Shown: positions 62,832 to 63,410 of the stretch, piece after piece
Position numbering within the stretch: the stretch's first letter is position 1
Layout of the letters: the number at the start of each line of letters is the position of its first letter
Assembly: GCA_046049345.1 (NCBI GenBank)
Contig: JBJORQ010000003.1
Location: forward strand, 1-63,410
DNA length: 63,410 bases
Origin: Pseudomonadota bacterium
GTDB lineage: Bacteria; Pseudomonadota; Gammaproteobacteria; Burkholderiales; Gallionellaceae
Direction of reading: 5' to 3'
The notes under the pieces: generated by a model
What the model was told of the DNA's origin: nothing
Database searches by the model: none
The model's input: only the letters and a program-made list of their open reading frames with translations
Position numbers and translations under genes: made by a program

Positions 62832-63410
62832 CAGGAATTTTCCGCCGCTTCGATTTCCAACGCCGCTGCCAACAAGGCTAAACGCGCCACTACCCCGTAA
62901 GCGTAAAAGCGATTTGGCGTGTCGTCGGGGGCGCAATCGGGATTGGGCAAAGAGCAGCATGACTCAAACGCCAGCGGCACAAATTGCATTCCCGGCGCGT
63001 TGAGATTTTCGTCGATGCCGCGCCCCGTGTGGACGCGATAAAAGCCGCCGACGACGTAGTGATCGACCATATAAATCACGGGTTCAGCGACCGCTTCGTT
63101 GATATTTTCAAAGGTGTAAACGCCTTCTTGTATCAACACATCGCTGACTTCTTGGCCTTCTTTAATCACCGCCATTTTGTTACGTTGTTTGCGATTCAGC
63201 GCGGTAATTTCACTGGCATTTTTCACCGTCATAATACCCATGCCATAGGTTCCCGCGTCAGCTTTGACGATGACAAACGGCTCCGATTTCACACCGTATT
63301 CGGCGTACTTAATGCGGATTTTGGCGAGCATCAGTTCGACTTTTTCCGCCAAACAATCCAAGCCAATTTGCTCCTGAAAATTGATGTCAGTACAGGTGTC
63401 AAAATAGGGA
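62831..63410 (-). CDS. gshA: Glutamate-cysteine ligase (betaproteobacterial/Thiobacillus type), 3' part; runs off the window end
   Basis: VKADAGTYGMGIM, QEGVYTFE, AEPVIYM, GGFYRVH..RG.DENLNAPG, NRFYAYGVVARL. Confidence 0.88.
   Translation of the reverse strand, partial: PYFDTCTDINFQEQIGLDCLAEKVELMLAKIRIKYAEYGVKSEPFVIVKADAGTYGMGIMTVKNASEITALNRKQRNKMAVIKEGQEVSDVLIQEGVYTFENINEAVAEPVIYMVDHYVVGGFYRVHTGRGIDENLNAPGMQFVPLAFESCCSLPNPDCAPDDTPNRFYAYGVVARLALLAAALEIEAAENS

Overview
Mostly core chromosome of a betaproteobacterium. Gene content and order resemble Nitrosomonadales/Gallionellaceae, which is an inference from recalled synteny rather than a search result. Core blocks: murU-amgK, lptD-surA-pdxA-rsmA, a polyphosphate cluster (pap/ppk2, sixA, Lys-rich protein, ppk1, yggX), mltF, tRNA-Ser(CGA), uppP, thiC with a TPP riboswitch, rpsP-rimM-trmD-rplS, ogt-xerD, an OmpR/EnvZ-family pair, yqgE-ruvX-pyrB-pyrC', photolyase, pilGHIJ-chpA, trkAH, two orphan pstS, rsmE, argA, the PTS trio, apbE and partial gshA. 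An accessory stretch at about 12-24.6 kb holds four modules: an OprC-like copper TonB receptor behind a RegA-type box; an AioX/ArxX-like oxyanion-binding protein coupled to an AioS/ArxS-like input fused to PAS-GGDEF-EAL (best candidate for an undescribed system); a porin + small periplasmic protein + diguanylate cyclase cassette; and an SHP-cytochrome b-DHC operon with an extra His-bearing membrane protein. Intergenic DNA carries a 125-bp MITE-like element, several distinct GTAG REP/REPIN hairpins and 7-bp-period TAG/CTA arrays. Four local lesions are visible: a frameshifting deletion in lptD, a duplicated rsmA 5' end, a 17-bp frameshifting duplication in a DUF1289 gene and a 27-bp in-frame duplication in thiC. 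Some may be assembly artefacts. No CRISPR, prophage or transposase was seen. All family calls are by motif recognition, without database searches.
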